Shown: piece after piece, positions 23,106 through 34,344 of the stretch
Layout of the letters: each line of letters starts with the position of its first letter
How positions within the stretch are numbered: the first letter of the stretch is position 1
From: Nemertoderma westbladi
Taxonomy: Eukaryota > Animalia > Xenacoelomorpha
Direction of reading: 5' to 3'
Assembly (NCBI GenBank): GCA_032718475.1
Contig: JAUCBJ010008025.1
Location: forward strand, 1-34,344
Length of the DNA stretch: 34,344 bases
Notes under the pieces: generated by a model
Told to the model about the DNA's origin: nothing
The model's input: the letters and a program-made list of their open reading frames with translations, nothing else
The model's database searches: none
Translations under genes and position numbers: made by a program

Positions 23106-23605
23106 AACAGACCAAATCAATCACTGGAGCTCAGTGGGCGTGGTGGAGAGCTTTTGTGGAACTAAAACATTTCACAGAGGCCCCACCTAGGCGGCATGCA
23201 GTTAATTAGATTTATTTATTCACTTAATTTAAGCGATAAATACATAGAAGTATCACGTTCTATAAGAAACCTATCACCTAGCCGTCTCTCTCAATGTATT
23301 ACCATAAGCAAGCGATAAAACCGTCCCATAGCTATGACGTCAAAGAACCATAAACTTTAGTTTCGTATAAATTATCCGAACGTCAGGGAATAAAGTATGG
23401 ATGGGAGTTTATACTCCTAGTGCTTGGCTGTTGCTTATTGCTTTGTAGATATTATTTTAGCGAATACTTTGAAACTGCAATAATAATAAATTCTACCAAT
23501 GTCCCAGCCGTAAAAAACAAAATAGTTTTTATTGTTTTTGTAAACGTTTGTTGGTAAAGCCTACACAAAACCAGTTTAATGAATAAATGGACTCAAAGGC
23601 TCAAA

Positions 23606-24606
23606 GACTTATTGTAACTATTTTGTAACTTATTGTAACTATTTTGTAACTTATTGTAACTATTTTGTAACTTATTGTAACTATTTTGTAACTTATTGTA
23701 ACTATTTTGTAACTTATTGTAACTATTTTGTAACTTATTGTAACTATTTTGTAAGTTATTGTAACTATTTTGTAACTTATTGTAACTATTTTGTAAGTTA
23801 TTGTAACTATTTTGTAACTTATTGTAACTATTTTGTAACTTATTGTAACTATTTTGTAACTTATTGTAACTATTTTGTAACTTATTGTAACTATTTTGTA
23901 ACTTATTGTAACTATTTTGTAACTTATTGTAACTATTTTGTAACTTATTGTAACTATTTTGTAAGTTATTGTAACTATTTTGTAACTTATTGTAACTATT
24001 TTGTAAGTTATTGTAACTATTTTGTAACTTATTGTAACTATTTTGTAACTTATTGTAACTATTTTGTAAGTTATTGTAACTATTTTGTAACTTATTGTAA
24101 CTATTTTGTAACTTATTGTAACTATTTTGTAACTTATTGTAACTATTTTGTAACTTATTGTAACTATTTTGTAACTTATTGTAACTATTTTGTAACTTAT
24201 TGTAACTATTTTGTAACTTATTGTAACTATTTTGTAACTTATTGTAACTATTTTGTAACTTATTGTAACTATTTTGTAACTTATTGTAACTATTTTGTAA
24301 CTTATTGTAACTATTTTGTAACTTATTGTAACTATTTTGTAACTTATTGTAACTATTTTGTAACTTATTGTAACTATTTTGTAACTTATTGTAACTATTT
24401 TGTAACTTATTGTAACTATTTTGTAACTTATTGTAACTATTTTGTAACTTATTGTAACTATTTTGTAACTTATTGTAACTATTTTGTAACTTATTGTAAC
24501 TATTTTGTAACTTATTGTAACTATTTTGTAACTTATTGTAACTATTTTGTAACTTATTGTAACTATTTTGTAACTTATTGTAACTATTTTGTAACTTATT
24601 GTAACA
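23606..24606. repeat. 21-bp satellite TTATTGTAACTATTTTGTAAC, about 47 copies
   Basis: Near-perfect array. The unit is a dimer of two TTGTAAC-containing subunits. Five units carry a C>G variant. Confidence 0.98.
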
Positions 24607-24923
24607 ATTATTGTTATTACTTAATTTTACTATTATATTCCACATTTTAGCCTCTAAATATAGTTGATATACCTGATTAATGGTATTTTCGATTCTAGCC
24701 AGGTTGCATTTTTGCTTCCATCCTGAGTTTTCAGTATCAAATTAAATGAAAAATATATAAATGTGTATATCTAAATATATATCATTAATATGTCGCTATA
24801 TCCGAGTGGATACAGCGCCTGAACTTCTTTGAGAATTTTTTGAGATCACAAACTATTTCAAGTATCTTAAACTTGTCAATCACATCCTCATTGACCAAAA
24901 ACCGCCAAACTTCAACAACTTGC

Positions 24924-26234
24924 CAGGGACGGATTATGGGGGGGGGGGGGGGGGGGGGGGGGGGCAACAGGGGCAGCTGCCGGGGGCCCGTAAGTTAGAA
25001 AAAAAAGTTTAAGAAATTATTTTACAGATATATATTTAAATTTTTGACCCTGATGAACAAATAATATTTTTCCCAACAAAGCAAGAAGTTGAAATGAAAC
25101 TTGAGTTGAAACTTTGGTTCATGTCTGTATGTGTTATTATGTATTTGTTATTGTTTAATTTAATATTAATTTGATTTGAAATGAAGTGGAGAATTATTTC
25201 TTTGGCGATATCGTTCATTATAGCAAGAAGACCAGAAAGCAGAGCCCATGCAAGCCCACACTATTACTCCCCCCACTCTCCAACTCCAAGGCTTATAGGC
25301 TGGTTGGTGTGGATATGTGTTTCCTAGCAAGTCTGCCCAGTGCCCAGAGACAATGGGATAGTCCCTGGTGCCTTTTTTCTGGCATTTGTTAACCCTTTAT
25401 AATTATTTATTACATGGGAAAAAAGTACTTTTTTATTATTCTCGAGGTATAACCAGATCACAGTACTGCCGTTTGGTGAAAATTATCTGAACTGGAGAGA
25501 ATAGGGGTAGTGAAAAAAGTTATTAGTTTTTTGTCCCATTGACACAATGCAGGTAGATAATATATAGTTAATGCTTCATTGGCCACTTCTGCACTTTCTT
25601 TTTGTAAATGAAATAAGTATATTGTATTTAGTAACCAGGAAAATGTAAGCACTGAAGAGCACTGAAGCACTTTTAAATACAGTATACTGTATTTATGTTA
25701 GCGCTTTTTTGTTACATTTTTTTCGCGGGTGTCGGGTGGGGAGGGGGGGGGGGGGTGTAGCAATATTTGTACCAGCATTTAACAATTCACCCCCGCCGTC
25801 CAATTAACTTTAATCCATTAATGCTCACGCGCCTATGTTCTGATGTTTTCTCAGTACATTTATTTATGTACTCATTTCCATGAAGTAAATAGTTGTAATT
25901 ATAGTATTTCAGCGAATATTTCTCAAAAGTTTCCTTATTTTGTAATATTATTTATCTTGCGACTTTGATCTATATTTTACACTGCAATTAATTATAATGC
26001 CACCGAAGAAAAAATTGCCTGATTTTCAACACAAATCTGGATCCATGAAAAGGAAAGATAAGAAAGATCGAGATCAAAGATTTAAACATGTAATTGCGAA
26101 AACGACATTAATAGACTCCATATTTAAGCCAACCGCAAACACTACTACAGGTTCTTCACTTGTATCATTTACACCTTCAGATGACCCACACCCACCGATG
26201 ACCATCACCAGTAGCGATGAAGTGAGGGAAATTG
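24924..26234 (+). mobile_element. 5' portion of a hAT-like (Tip100-type) DNA transposon
   Basis: Terminus CAGGGACGGATT-(G)n-GCAACAGGGGCAGCTGCC..GGGCCC is typical of hAT ends. The ORF from 25997 begins MPPKKK...KSGSMKRKDKKDR...IDSIFK, like hAT/ZMYM-type transposase N-termini. It is cut by the LINE tail at 26235. Confidence 0.6.
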
Positions 26235-26730
26235 TTTTTTTTTTTTTTTTTTTTTTTTTTTATTTAATGAACTATTTACTACACAATATAATCAAATTGA
26301 TACAGTATTTCATATAATTGAGTAAGTTAAGTTTCGGGTACATAAATGATTATATAATGTAGACGGAGGCTTGTCGGGTAGGCCCATTACACAAACCCCC
26401 GTGTACATTTGTAAATAAGTAGGTATATCATTGTAATTAAGTAGGTAGGGCCTAACACTAAATAAGCGCTACTGTAAATACGTATGTTGCACTGTAAATA
26501 TGTTAACAACTCATGAAAAACAACTATTGGTAATACAGTAGGTAAATAAATCATGCAGGATGCAGTCTAAAAAGGGAAACATTTCAGTATACAATATAAC
26601 ACAGTAAATTGAATATAACGAAGCGGAAGGTCCAAACTACAGTACTTAGATTACATAATTTATATGATTAAGGTGCAAAATTATAGAGTTTTATCAATAA
26701 TTAATTACAGTTGGATATTTCTTAGTTTGA

Positions 26731-29700
26731 TTAGGCTTCAATAGAACGCATATCTGCCAGATATGAATGTAATTTATATTTGAAGATTCTAATAGATTGT
26801 GCCTGCCGCACAGTTTCGGGGACTCCATTCCAGACTTCCGGGGCCCTGACTTTGATGGATTGTTTGGCAATCTGTAATCTTGTACGGGGTACAGTACATT
26901 GTCCGTTAGTAGCATTTCTTGTACGGTGATTGTGCGTGGTAGATGTGAGTGTAAGTAGTGTTGGTAGGATGTTTGGTGGTAGTAATTTATGTAAGTAGTT
27001 ATAGCAAAGTATCGCGACTTGTTTTTTTAAGATTGAAGTAATAGTGAGTGGTCGGAAGTCTATGTTTCCTCTAGACTGCACAGTTTTTATGGCCCTGTTT
27101 TGTAAACTCTGTAGTGATTTTATTGTGGTTGTAGGGTTTTCCATGGATTTTCTGTTTTTCCTCCTCCGTCGGTAGTGATTTCTGTGTTGGTTTGTGGAAG
27201 TATTTGATTCTGACTTGTATGATGTAGCTGCCCAGACAGCATTGCAGTACTGTAAATATGGGTCGATCATCGTATGGTAGAGTAGTTTTAGTGCGTGTGG
27301 TGAAATGAAGTTTTTTATTTTGTTAATTATCCCTAAGTTACGACTAATTTTGTGTCGTATATGTTCCCGGTGGTGTTTCCAGGTAAGATGTTCATCTATG
27401 TAAAGTCCAAGAAATTTTATCGATTGTTTTCTTTTTAATTCAACATTGTTAATAATTACTTTTCCTTCACTGTTGATTTTGGGTGATCTATTGTGAGTGT
27501 GGAAAATGATATAGTTCGTTTTCCCAGTGTGGAGAGAGAGTCGATTTAATTGAAACCACTTAGCTAATTTGGTAAGTTCAGCATTAATATCTGTGATTAA
27601 TTGATTTATGTCTTTGCCAGCTTTAAATAGATTGGTGTCGTCGGCAAATAAGATAAGTTTTGATGAAGTAGAGAAGTTAGTAATGTCATTACAGTATATG
27701 ATAAATAGGAGGGGACTCAACAACGAACCTTGTGGCAAGCCTATTATAATTGGTAGTAATTTCGATTTTCCAGAGCCTACTGTGACGTACTGCAATCGGT
27801 TAGAAAGATAATTGGTTAGCCAAAGTAGTACAGTATCTGTGATCCCGTAGCGTTCTAGTTTTTGTATTAGTATTTTGTGATTAACTGTGTCGAACGCCTT
27901 GGATAGATCTAATGACACACCAATCATGTATTCCCCATTGTCCAAAGCGTCTGTTATGTGCTCCAGTAGTGTAAGAAGTGCGTGTTGGGTTGAGTGTTTG
28001 ATTCTGAAACCAAATTGTGCTGTATTGAGTAACGCATGTTTCATAAGGTAATCTGTGAGCTCAATGTGAACAATCTTTTCGAGAATTTTAGAAAAGTACG
28101 CTAGAACTGATATGGGTCTATAATTTATTGGGAATGTTGGATTTTCTGACTTAAAGACTGGTGTGATTCGGGATACTTTCATTTTATTTGGAAATTGACC
28201 ACTTATTAGTGAGATATTAGCAATATGGGATAAGGGTTCAGCTATAAGTGACATAGTTGGGTGAACTGCGGTTGCTGTGATATCATCGTAACCGGGGCTT
28301 GTCCGTTTATTGAGACCATTTGCTATGTTCATTATATCCTCAGGAGTTACAGTATTAAACGTTTTTAATTTGTCAGTTGGTGGGGTGGGTAAGTAATCTA
28401 ACGGTGAGCCCTCTGTTGGTGGTATGAGTTTGTCTAGTTTTGTTCCTACAGTTTGATAGTGTGTATTAAAGCAATTTGCGATATCTGTGGGGTCACTGTA
28501 AGTCCGATTTCCATCAGTTAATAGTGTAGGAGAAGAGGATTTAGGTTGTCTATGGAGTAGGTTACTTATGTGCCGCCAAATAGATTGTATATTTTGTTTT
28601 TTAAAGTCTAAGGCCTCACTGTAGTAGTCCTTTTTAGCTGTTCGGAGTAGGGCGTCCAGTGCATTCCTATACCTTTTGAATATTTTTAGTTTCTCCTCTG
28701 TAGGTTGCCGTATATAGTTTCCAAACAATCTTTCTCGTTTTCTGATTGCTCTATGCAGGCTATCTGTTAGCCATGGTTTAGTACTATTCCGTAGTTTGAT
28801 GCGTTCTAATGGGAAGTGAGTGTTGTAGTGTTTCTGATATTGGTCTAGAAATGTATTATATGCAATGTCAGCAGTTGTCTTGGAGTAAGTTGCAGTCCAA
28901 TCAGCAGTAATGAGACTGGTTCTAAAGGCTTGTTGTTTTGCCTTGTCATTGATTTTTCGTCGTAGTATAAATTTTGGTTTAGTGTTTTGATTAGAAACTA
29001 TATCAGTTAATAGGAATATTGGTAAGTGGTCGGAGATGGAGGCCATTAGTATACCAGATTTCATATTAGTTGTATCTGAATTTGTGAAGATATTATCAAT
29101 TAATGTCGCTGAGTGATCTGTAATGCGAGTAGGTTTGGATATTGTATGTGAGTAGTTTAAGGAAGTAATAAAGTTGAAAAAATCGGCACTGTATTGGCTG
29201 GAATTTGTTTTCAGTAGATCAATGTTATAATCTCCTAACAAGAAACATGGTTTGCTCTCTGTATTTATTTTATCGAGTATTGGGTTTAAGGCCTCAATTC
29301 CTTCCTGAACATTGGTACCTGGTGGACGGTATATAGTTCCGATAATCACGTTTTTTGTTTTGGTTTGAGGAATTTCAATAAATATTGTTTCAATAGGGCT
29401 ATCGGATTTATAATGCAAGTCTTTTCTGATAAATGCTGAGAGGTCGCTATGTACATATACGGCTACACCACCACCATCTCTATTTTTCCTAGGCTGCGAA
29501 AACATGTTGTAATTTGGTATTGAAAACATTGATTTATCCTGAGAATTATTTAACCATGTTTCAGATATGGCAATGACCGAAAAAGTTGTTTTAAGAGAGT
29601 TCAGGAGATTTTCTACTTTTTCAAAGTTTGCAGACAAACTACGTGCATTAAAATGGATGAGTGATAACTTTGATGGTAGCGTTGCAAAGTTGTGGTTATA

Positions 29701-30150
29701 GTCGTCTGTGAAGTTGTATGTACAATTACGTAGGTGGGAAGTGTCTGTGGGTATGAATACATCGGCATTGTAATCGTTATCAAATTCACTGTCCTTGGAT
29801 TTTGTGGTATGTGGGGTGTCAATTTTTTCGAAGTATTGTTTGTCAAGGCAGGTAATGTCAATGAACTCTGGTATGCGGTAGTCTCGCATGGTAATAGAAA
29901 ATTCATTTTCATCAGTGATGTGTTGGAATGGTAGTATGTCAGCTAAACAATCAGGGCAGAACCAGGGAAGGCTAGACTGTGTCAAATGTTCGTAATCTCT
30001 TTTGATCAATTTTGCAGATATACACCTAAGATGCCACCATTGATTACAGGAGTCACAATACACAGCGCGGTGTGTATCACAAACCTTTTTCTTGCAGGAT
30101 TTACAAGGAAAAAATGAGTTATTATTACTATAGATGTGGGTAGTAGCCAT
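26731..30150 (-). CDS. LINE ORF2: PHD finger + APE endonuclease + reverse transcriptase (1139 aa, open)
   Basis: PHD CKSC..CDSC..WWHLRC..WFCPDC. APE NARSL, ISETWL, GGGVAVY, IYRPP, GDYN, LIDNI, SDHLP. RT NYRPIS, QFGFR, DLSKAFD, PQGSLLSP, FADD, FLG. Confidence 0.96.
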   Translation of the reverse strand: MATTHIYSNNNSFFPCKSCKKKVCDTHRAVYCDSCNQWWHLRCISAKLIKRDYEHLTQSSLPWFCPDCLADILPFQHITDENEFSITMRDYRIPEFIDITCLDKQYFEKIDTPHTTKSKDSEFDNDYNADVFIPTDTSHLRNCTYNFTDDYNHNFATLPSKLSLIHFNARSLSANFEKVENLLNSLKTTFSVIAISETWLNNSQDKSMFSIPNYNMFSQPRKNRDGGGVAVYVHSDLSAFIRKDLHYKSDSPIETIFIEIPQTKTKNVIIGTIYRPPGTNVQEGIEALNPILDKINTESKPCFLLGDYNIDLLKTNSSQYSADFFNFITSLNYSHTISKPTRITDHSATLIDNIFTNSDTTNMKSGILMASISDHLPIFLLTDIVSNQNTKPKFILRRKINDKAKQQAFRTSLITADWTATYSKTTADIAYNTFLDQYQKHYNTHFPLERIKLRNSTKPWLTDSLHRAIRKRERLFGNYIRQPTEEKLKIFKRYRNALDALLRTAKKDYYSEALDFKKQNIQSIWRHISNLLHRQPKSSSPTLLTDGNRTYSDPTDIANCFNTHYQTVGTKLDKLIPPTEGSPLDYLPTPPTDKLKTFNTVTPEDIMNIANGLNKRTSPGYDDITATAVHPTMSLIAEPLSHIANISLISGQFPNKMKVSRITPVFKSENPTFPINYRPISVLAYFSKILEKIVHIELTDYLMKHALLNTAQFGFRIKHSTQHALLTLLEHITDALDNGEYMIGVSLDLSKAFDTVNHKILIQKLERYGITDTVLLWLTNYLSNRLQYVTVGSGKSKLLPIIIGLPQGSLLSPLLFIIYCNDITNFSTSSKLILFADDTNLFKAGKDINQLITDINAELTKLAKWFQLNRLSLHTGKTNYIIFHTHNRSPKINSEGKVIINNVELKRKQSIKFLGLYIDEHLTWKHHREHIRHKISRNLGIINKIKNFISPHALKLLYHTMIDPYLQYCNAVWAATSYKSESNTSTNQHRNHYRRRRKNRKSMENPTTTIKSLQSLQNRAIKTVQSRGNIDFRPLTITSILKKQVAILCYNYLHKLLPPNILPTLLTLTSTTHNHRTRNATNGQCTVPRTRLQIAKQSIKVRAPEVWNGVPETVRQAQSIRIFKYKLHSYLADMRSIEA

Positions 30151-30438
30151 TGAAATAAAATATCCTCTGGTTAATAATTAGCAGTCCAGTAAGATGTATG
30201 TGGTTATAGTAATCTATTATGTACTGTATTAATTATAAAATAAAGCATTATTATGATTAGTAAGCGGAGGGGGGGCAGACCAGTAAGGCCTTAGAATGGG
30301 GTTACATTGCATTGGATTTGGATGAGGAGTGGAGAATCGTGGTTGTGGGTTGTAAGCACCATCCGGTGCAAATCCATCTACATTGAAGCTATTGTAGGTA
30401 GGTGTAGGCTTGGGGTGGTCAATAATTGGCGATTGGAC

Positions 30439-31522
30439 TCAGGGTATAAACGGCGATGGAGGTGCGAACCGGTAGCCAGGTTGTTGTGGTCTGGCACACC
30501 ATGGCTGGGGGGTTGCGGTTCGGCCCTGGGGGTGGCGACTCAGCGGGGTTAGGCCCGGAGTAGGAGCCGCTGCTGCACTTTCTAGTCGCTGTAAATCCGC
30601 AGTTGAACGGATGACACTAACGCGCTCTCCCACTGCCTTACGAAGATATGTGGTACCCTGTCGAGTCCAACAGAATCGGTAGTTGAGCCGTTTTTTAAAC
30701 GCGAGTGCAGCCATAAAGCTTGTGGCTGTCGGTTAGGTCCTCATTTATGAAAACCTTAGAGCCACTCAGCCCGGCTGGTAGTGTTACCGATTCCGTACTT
30801 AATTTTTTCCGATTCACTAGGTAGTTATTCCTAATTTTGCGGTTGGTGAATCGACAGATAACAACGCGACTACCGGTACGGGTCGTTTTCTCACCATCAC
30901 TCGGTCCATTAACAGGGAGACCTATCCGATGACAAGCTTCGATACTGTCTGGTGAGACTTGTAGTCCTAACTTGGTTCCTATATCAGCCACAACTTCTTC
31001 TAATCTATCTCCTTCGATTTTATCCGGGATTCCACTAATTATTACGTTGTGGTTCCTAGAGTATTGCTCCAATTTACATACATTAGCAGAGAGTGATGAA
31101 ACGGTGTTTTCTAGATCGGTAACTTTCAGTTTCAAGGACTCATTTTCATCGGACAGATTAATAACAGTGCTTTGAAATTCATCATACTTTGTAGAGAGGA
31201 ATTGTTGGCTCCGTTCAATCTCTTCCAGTTTAATATTTATGTTATTTAGACTAGATGTGAGCGGGTTTCTTATTGATGCAATCTCGTTGTGGATGTACTC
31301 TTTTAAGGATGCTATCTGAGTGAGTTCATTTGATGTGCTACTAGTACCTCTATCGGTATGATTGAGTCGGCCAATATGAACCATGGTATCATCGGTGTTG
31401 GTTCTACTAGTTACGTCATCGCTATTATCAGCATTCCCATTCTGTGACAGTGAGTCGCTGCCAATATCCATAGTAGCAATGGGTGTACGTTTGTTGTTCT
31501 TCCTTCGTTTTCCACCGCCCAT
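30439..31522 (-). pseudogene. LINE ORF1 (coiled coil + RRM-like + C-terminal domain), one frameshift at about 30715
   Basis: LEQYSRNHNVIISGIP, ACHRIG, ICRFTNR and FINEDLT are in one frame. KKRLNYRFCWTRQGTTYLRK...IRS.ADL follows in the next frame. Confidence 0.88.
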
Positions 31523-32977
31523 TATTGTAATAAAGTGCTATAGCATGTATTAATTCAGTAATTAATTTATCCAGTCAGCAGTAGGCCTGGGACCTACTGC
31601 AGTATTGTATACTACAGTACTGTGTCTCCCCAGGACCCAAAATTGCGCCCAGCTCAGGTTGGGCGTTGTTGTTGTCTTATAGACGGTCTTCTTATAGCCA
31701 GCTTGCTGGTTTTCTAGTTATTTAATTGTCTTATCCCCAGAGGAATAATAATAAGTTGTATATTTAATATTCAAATTTTTTAGACAATCATCATTATTAT
31801 TAGGATGGCTTTGGTGTTATTGCAACACTGATTCATCATAAATTGACTTGAGTTAACTACCTTGGAAACTATTTACAAAAAAATTATTAAAGCTAACATG
31901 GTATTTTATTTTTATTTTGATTATAATCGTACATATCATTGAAAATCTGATAGAACAAACAGCACAAAAAATGGGATAAGAAAGTAATAAAAATAATTCG
32001 TAGAAATAATGTTAAATATAATTTAATACGACGAGACAAAGTTACGCATTGCGAACAACTCATCCTTGGTGAACCCTGGGAATAACAAGAATTCTATAAT
32101 AGCTAAAGATAATTTATTATTATTTTATTTTATACACCTTATTGACCCGTAATAGTGTCGACAGTTCAATTCAATGGTGCCAGAATTATTTTCGATTTTG
32201 CCAATAAATTTTCTTATAAGCTTTTCATGAAAGTGTGATTTGCGAAATTGCACCTTTGGTCAATAGGTACTATTAGCATATGTGTTTCCAATTTTTATGT
32301 ATTGGGTAACCACATTTGACCAATTTTTTCATATGAAAAGATTTCTTTTTCTAGAACAAATATTTGACCTCCTGACAGTAAGATGGGAGCTCGTAATTTA
32401 GATTTTGTGTTAGCTAGTACTTTTTCTTAGCTTGTGAAAAAATTAAGGTTAGAGTTCCGTATAGCACTACATTTTTAAAGCATATATCATTGTTACTATA
32501 GCAAGGTTGTAGTGTTCTAGAACAATAGAAAAGTATTATATACTATTCTAGAACATAAATCAAATAAAAAATATAATGTTCTAGAACATATAGGTAGTTT
32601 TTTTATTTAAAAATAGCTAGTAAATTAAAAAAATATATTTTTAATTCGTATTTTTAAATCTCGTCAGGTCAGGTCCCCAGATCCTGCTACCACTATGGCA
32701 GTAATTTGGTACTACCTGTAGCTGTCAGCCCAGTAGGGCAGGCCCGATAAGCATAGCCTATTCATTATTTAGTTGATCAAGAGTGGGTTAGTTTTAGTCC
32801 CGTCAACTAAATAAGTCATTGAGGGCTATAGTGCCTAGGTCACCATTGAAGGCAAAGGCTTGATACGCATCTGCAATAGACGCCCCGCTCTGTCTATACT
32901 GGATGCTCCTCTACCAGTGTTAGGTAACCTAACCCAGGAGGCACACTAATATTTGTATACCGATGTAACTGATAGTA

Positions 32978-33085
32978 CTAAACCTATCTACTATCCTGAA
33001 CCTATCCTGAACCTATCTGAACCCAATCTGAACCCAATCTGTACCCAATCTCGAGAATTATACCAAATCTAAACCCAATCTGAAT
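32978..33085. repeat. Short degenerate 10-12-bp tandem repeat (TGAACCTATC/TGAACCCAATC)
   Basis: About 8 diverged units. Confidence 0.75.
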
Positions 33086-33196
33086 CGAAAATAGAAAGAG
33101 GGGTGAAAATTATGAATTTTTGCATTAACAATTTTGAAATTTGAAGAAATTTTACATATCTTTTTCATATTTAAATTTGCGGGAATCCGCAGCTCT

Positions 33197-33568
33197 ACTG
33201 CTGTATTGGGGACTGCAGTTACTGCTGTATTGGGGACTGCAGTTACTGCTGTATTGGGGACTGCAGTTACTGCTGTATTGGGGACTGCAGTTACTGCTGT
33301 ATTGGGGACTGCAGTTACTGCTGTATTGGGGACTGCAGGTACTGCTGTATTGGGGACTGCAGGTACTGCTGTATTGGGGACTGCAGGTACTGCTGTATTG
33401 GGGACTGCAGTTACTGCTGTATTGGGGACTGCAGTTACTGCTGTATTGGGGACTGCAGTTACTGCTGTATTGGGGACTGCAGTTACTGCTGTATTGGGGA
33501 CTGCAGTTACTGCTGTATTGGGGACTGCAGTTACTGCTGTATTGGGGACTGCAGTTACTGCTGTATTG
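33197..33568. repeat. 24-bp minisatellite ACTGCTGTATTGGGGACTGCAGTT, 15.5 copies
   Basis: Five consensus units, three consecutive variant units (GGT), seven consensus units and a half unit. Confidence 0.97.
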
Positions 33569-33621
33569 TACTGCTGTACAGTCGTTCAGTCGTTAACGTT
33601 ATAGCTCACCTCGGCATTACT

Positions 33622-33920
33622 AGGTTTTGGGTACCAATTTTTTGCCAATTATTTAACCATGATAATGGGTATTATCATGAGTTTTTTGTTTTAGAACATA
33701 AATTTCATCTTCTGAGAGACGTTAACGTTTTTTTGGGGGTAGCTACTATTTTTAAAATTTCAAAACCAAATTTTTGGTACCTAATTTTTTATCAATTTTT
33801 TGACCATGTTAATGGATATTACTGTATCATGATGTTTTTTGTTCTATAACTTAGATTTCACCTTCTGGGAGAGATTATTTATTATTTTTATAATGGTAGC
33901 TATTGTTTTTAAAGGTAGCT
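33622..33920. repeat. Diverged about 150-bp tandem duplication inside the TIR element
   Basis: ggtacc.aatttttt..caatt.ttt.accatg.taatgg.tatta...agatttca.cttctg occurs at about 33625 and 33772. Confidence 0.7.
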
Positions 33921-34344
33921 AGTGATCTTAAAATTACAGAATAAAATTTTTAGTGCCCCCTTAATTTAGATAATTTACATATCATCAATATATTCTAGAA
34001 ATGACTAATAAAATTATTTGATGAATTATTGGATATTTTTCTAAATTTTCTAGCTATTTTAAAATTAAAAAAAAACTAGCTATATGTTCTAGAACATTAT
34101 ATTTTTTATTTTATCTATGTTCTAGAAAATTATATAATACTTTTCTATTGTTCTAGATCTCTTCAATATTGCCATAGTAACATTGACATAAGTTTTAAAA
34201 ATGCAGTTCTATACGGAACTCTAGCCAAAAAAGTCGCAACTTTTCCTTATGGAAAAATATTAACCCATAGGATTGCATTGATTTTCTTTTTGTTCCCGGC
34301 GAAAAAAGTAAAATAAAATAAATTTGGTGTTATTTCATAAATTT

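Larger units (their letters stand above)
26235..31690 (-). mobile_element. Near full-length L2/CR1-group (Crack/Daphne-like) LINE
   Basis: 5' UTR, ORF1, 288-bp spacer, intact ORF2, about 470-bp 3' UTR and a poly(A) tail (T-run 26235-26261). The 5' boundary is approximate and no TSD was found. Confidence 0.9.
32450..34223. mobile_element. Non-autonomous long-TIR element (TAG...CTA ends, Academ-like?)
   Basis: About 190-200-bp imperfect inverted repeats at 32450-32640 and 34030-34223, beginning TAGAGTTCCGTATAG. No transposase inside and no clear TSD. Confidence 0.7.

Noticed and set aside
23606-24606. CRISPR-like array
   Set aside because: No unique spacers and no cas genes, and the context is eukaryotic. 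The same applies to the other arrays.
23593-24645. 350-aa NKLQNSY heptad ORF resembling a coiled coil
   Set aside because: Stop-free frame of a 21-bp satellite with no synonymous variation and no gene context.
33134-33604. TAVLGTAV repeat ORF (antifreeze-like)
   Set aside because: Minisatellite translation, open in more than one frame.

Overview
Eukaryotic (probably invertebrate animal) transposon-dense DNA with no recognisable host gene. The centre is a full-length but decayed BEL/Pao LTR retrotransposon (8859-21337). It has TG..CA LTRs of about 680 bp that differ by roughly 4%, a 5-bp TTGGG target-site duplication (TSD) and a gag-PR-RT-RH-IN pseudogene. It inserted into an older RTE LINE and was later hit by a second RTE family (12-bp TSD). 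To its left are a 10-bp satellite, an unidentified decayed ORF with an internal duplication, a second BEL gag fragment bracketed by two convergent RTE tails, and further RTE fragments. To its right are an L2 fragment, a 21-bp satellite, the 5' end of a hAT-like DNA transposon interrupted by a near-intact L2/CR1-group (Crack-like) LINE, and a long-TIR element carrying a 24-bp minisatellite. The LINE has ORF1 and an open 1139-aa PHD-APE-RT ORF2. The most interesting signal is that the BEL element has no tRNA-type primer-binding site (PBS). The 10 nt directly after its 5' LTR are perfectly complementary to a site in its own LTR, with an adjacent second helix, which matches the architecture of Tf1-type self-priming. 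All alignments and counts were done by eye.
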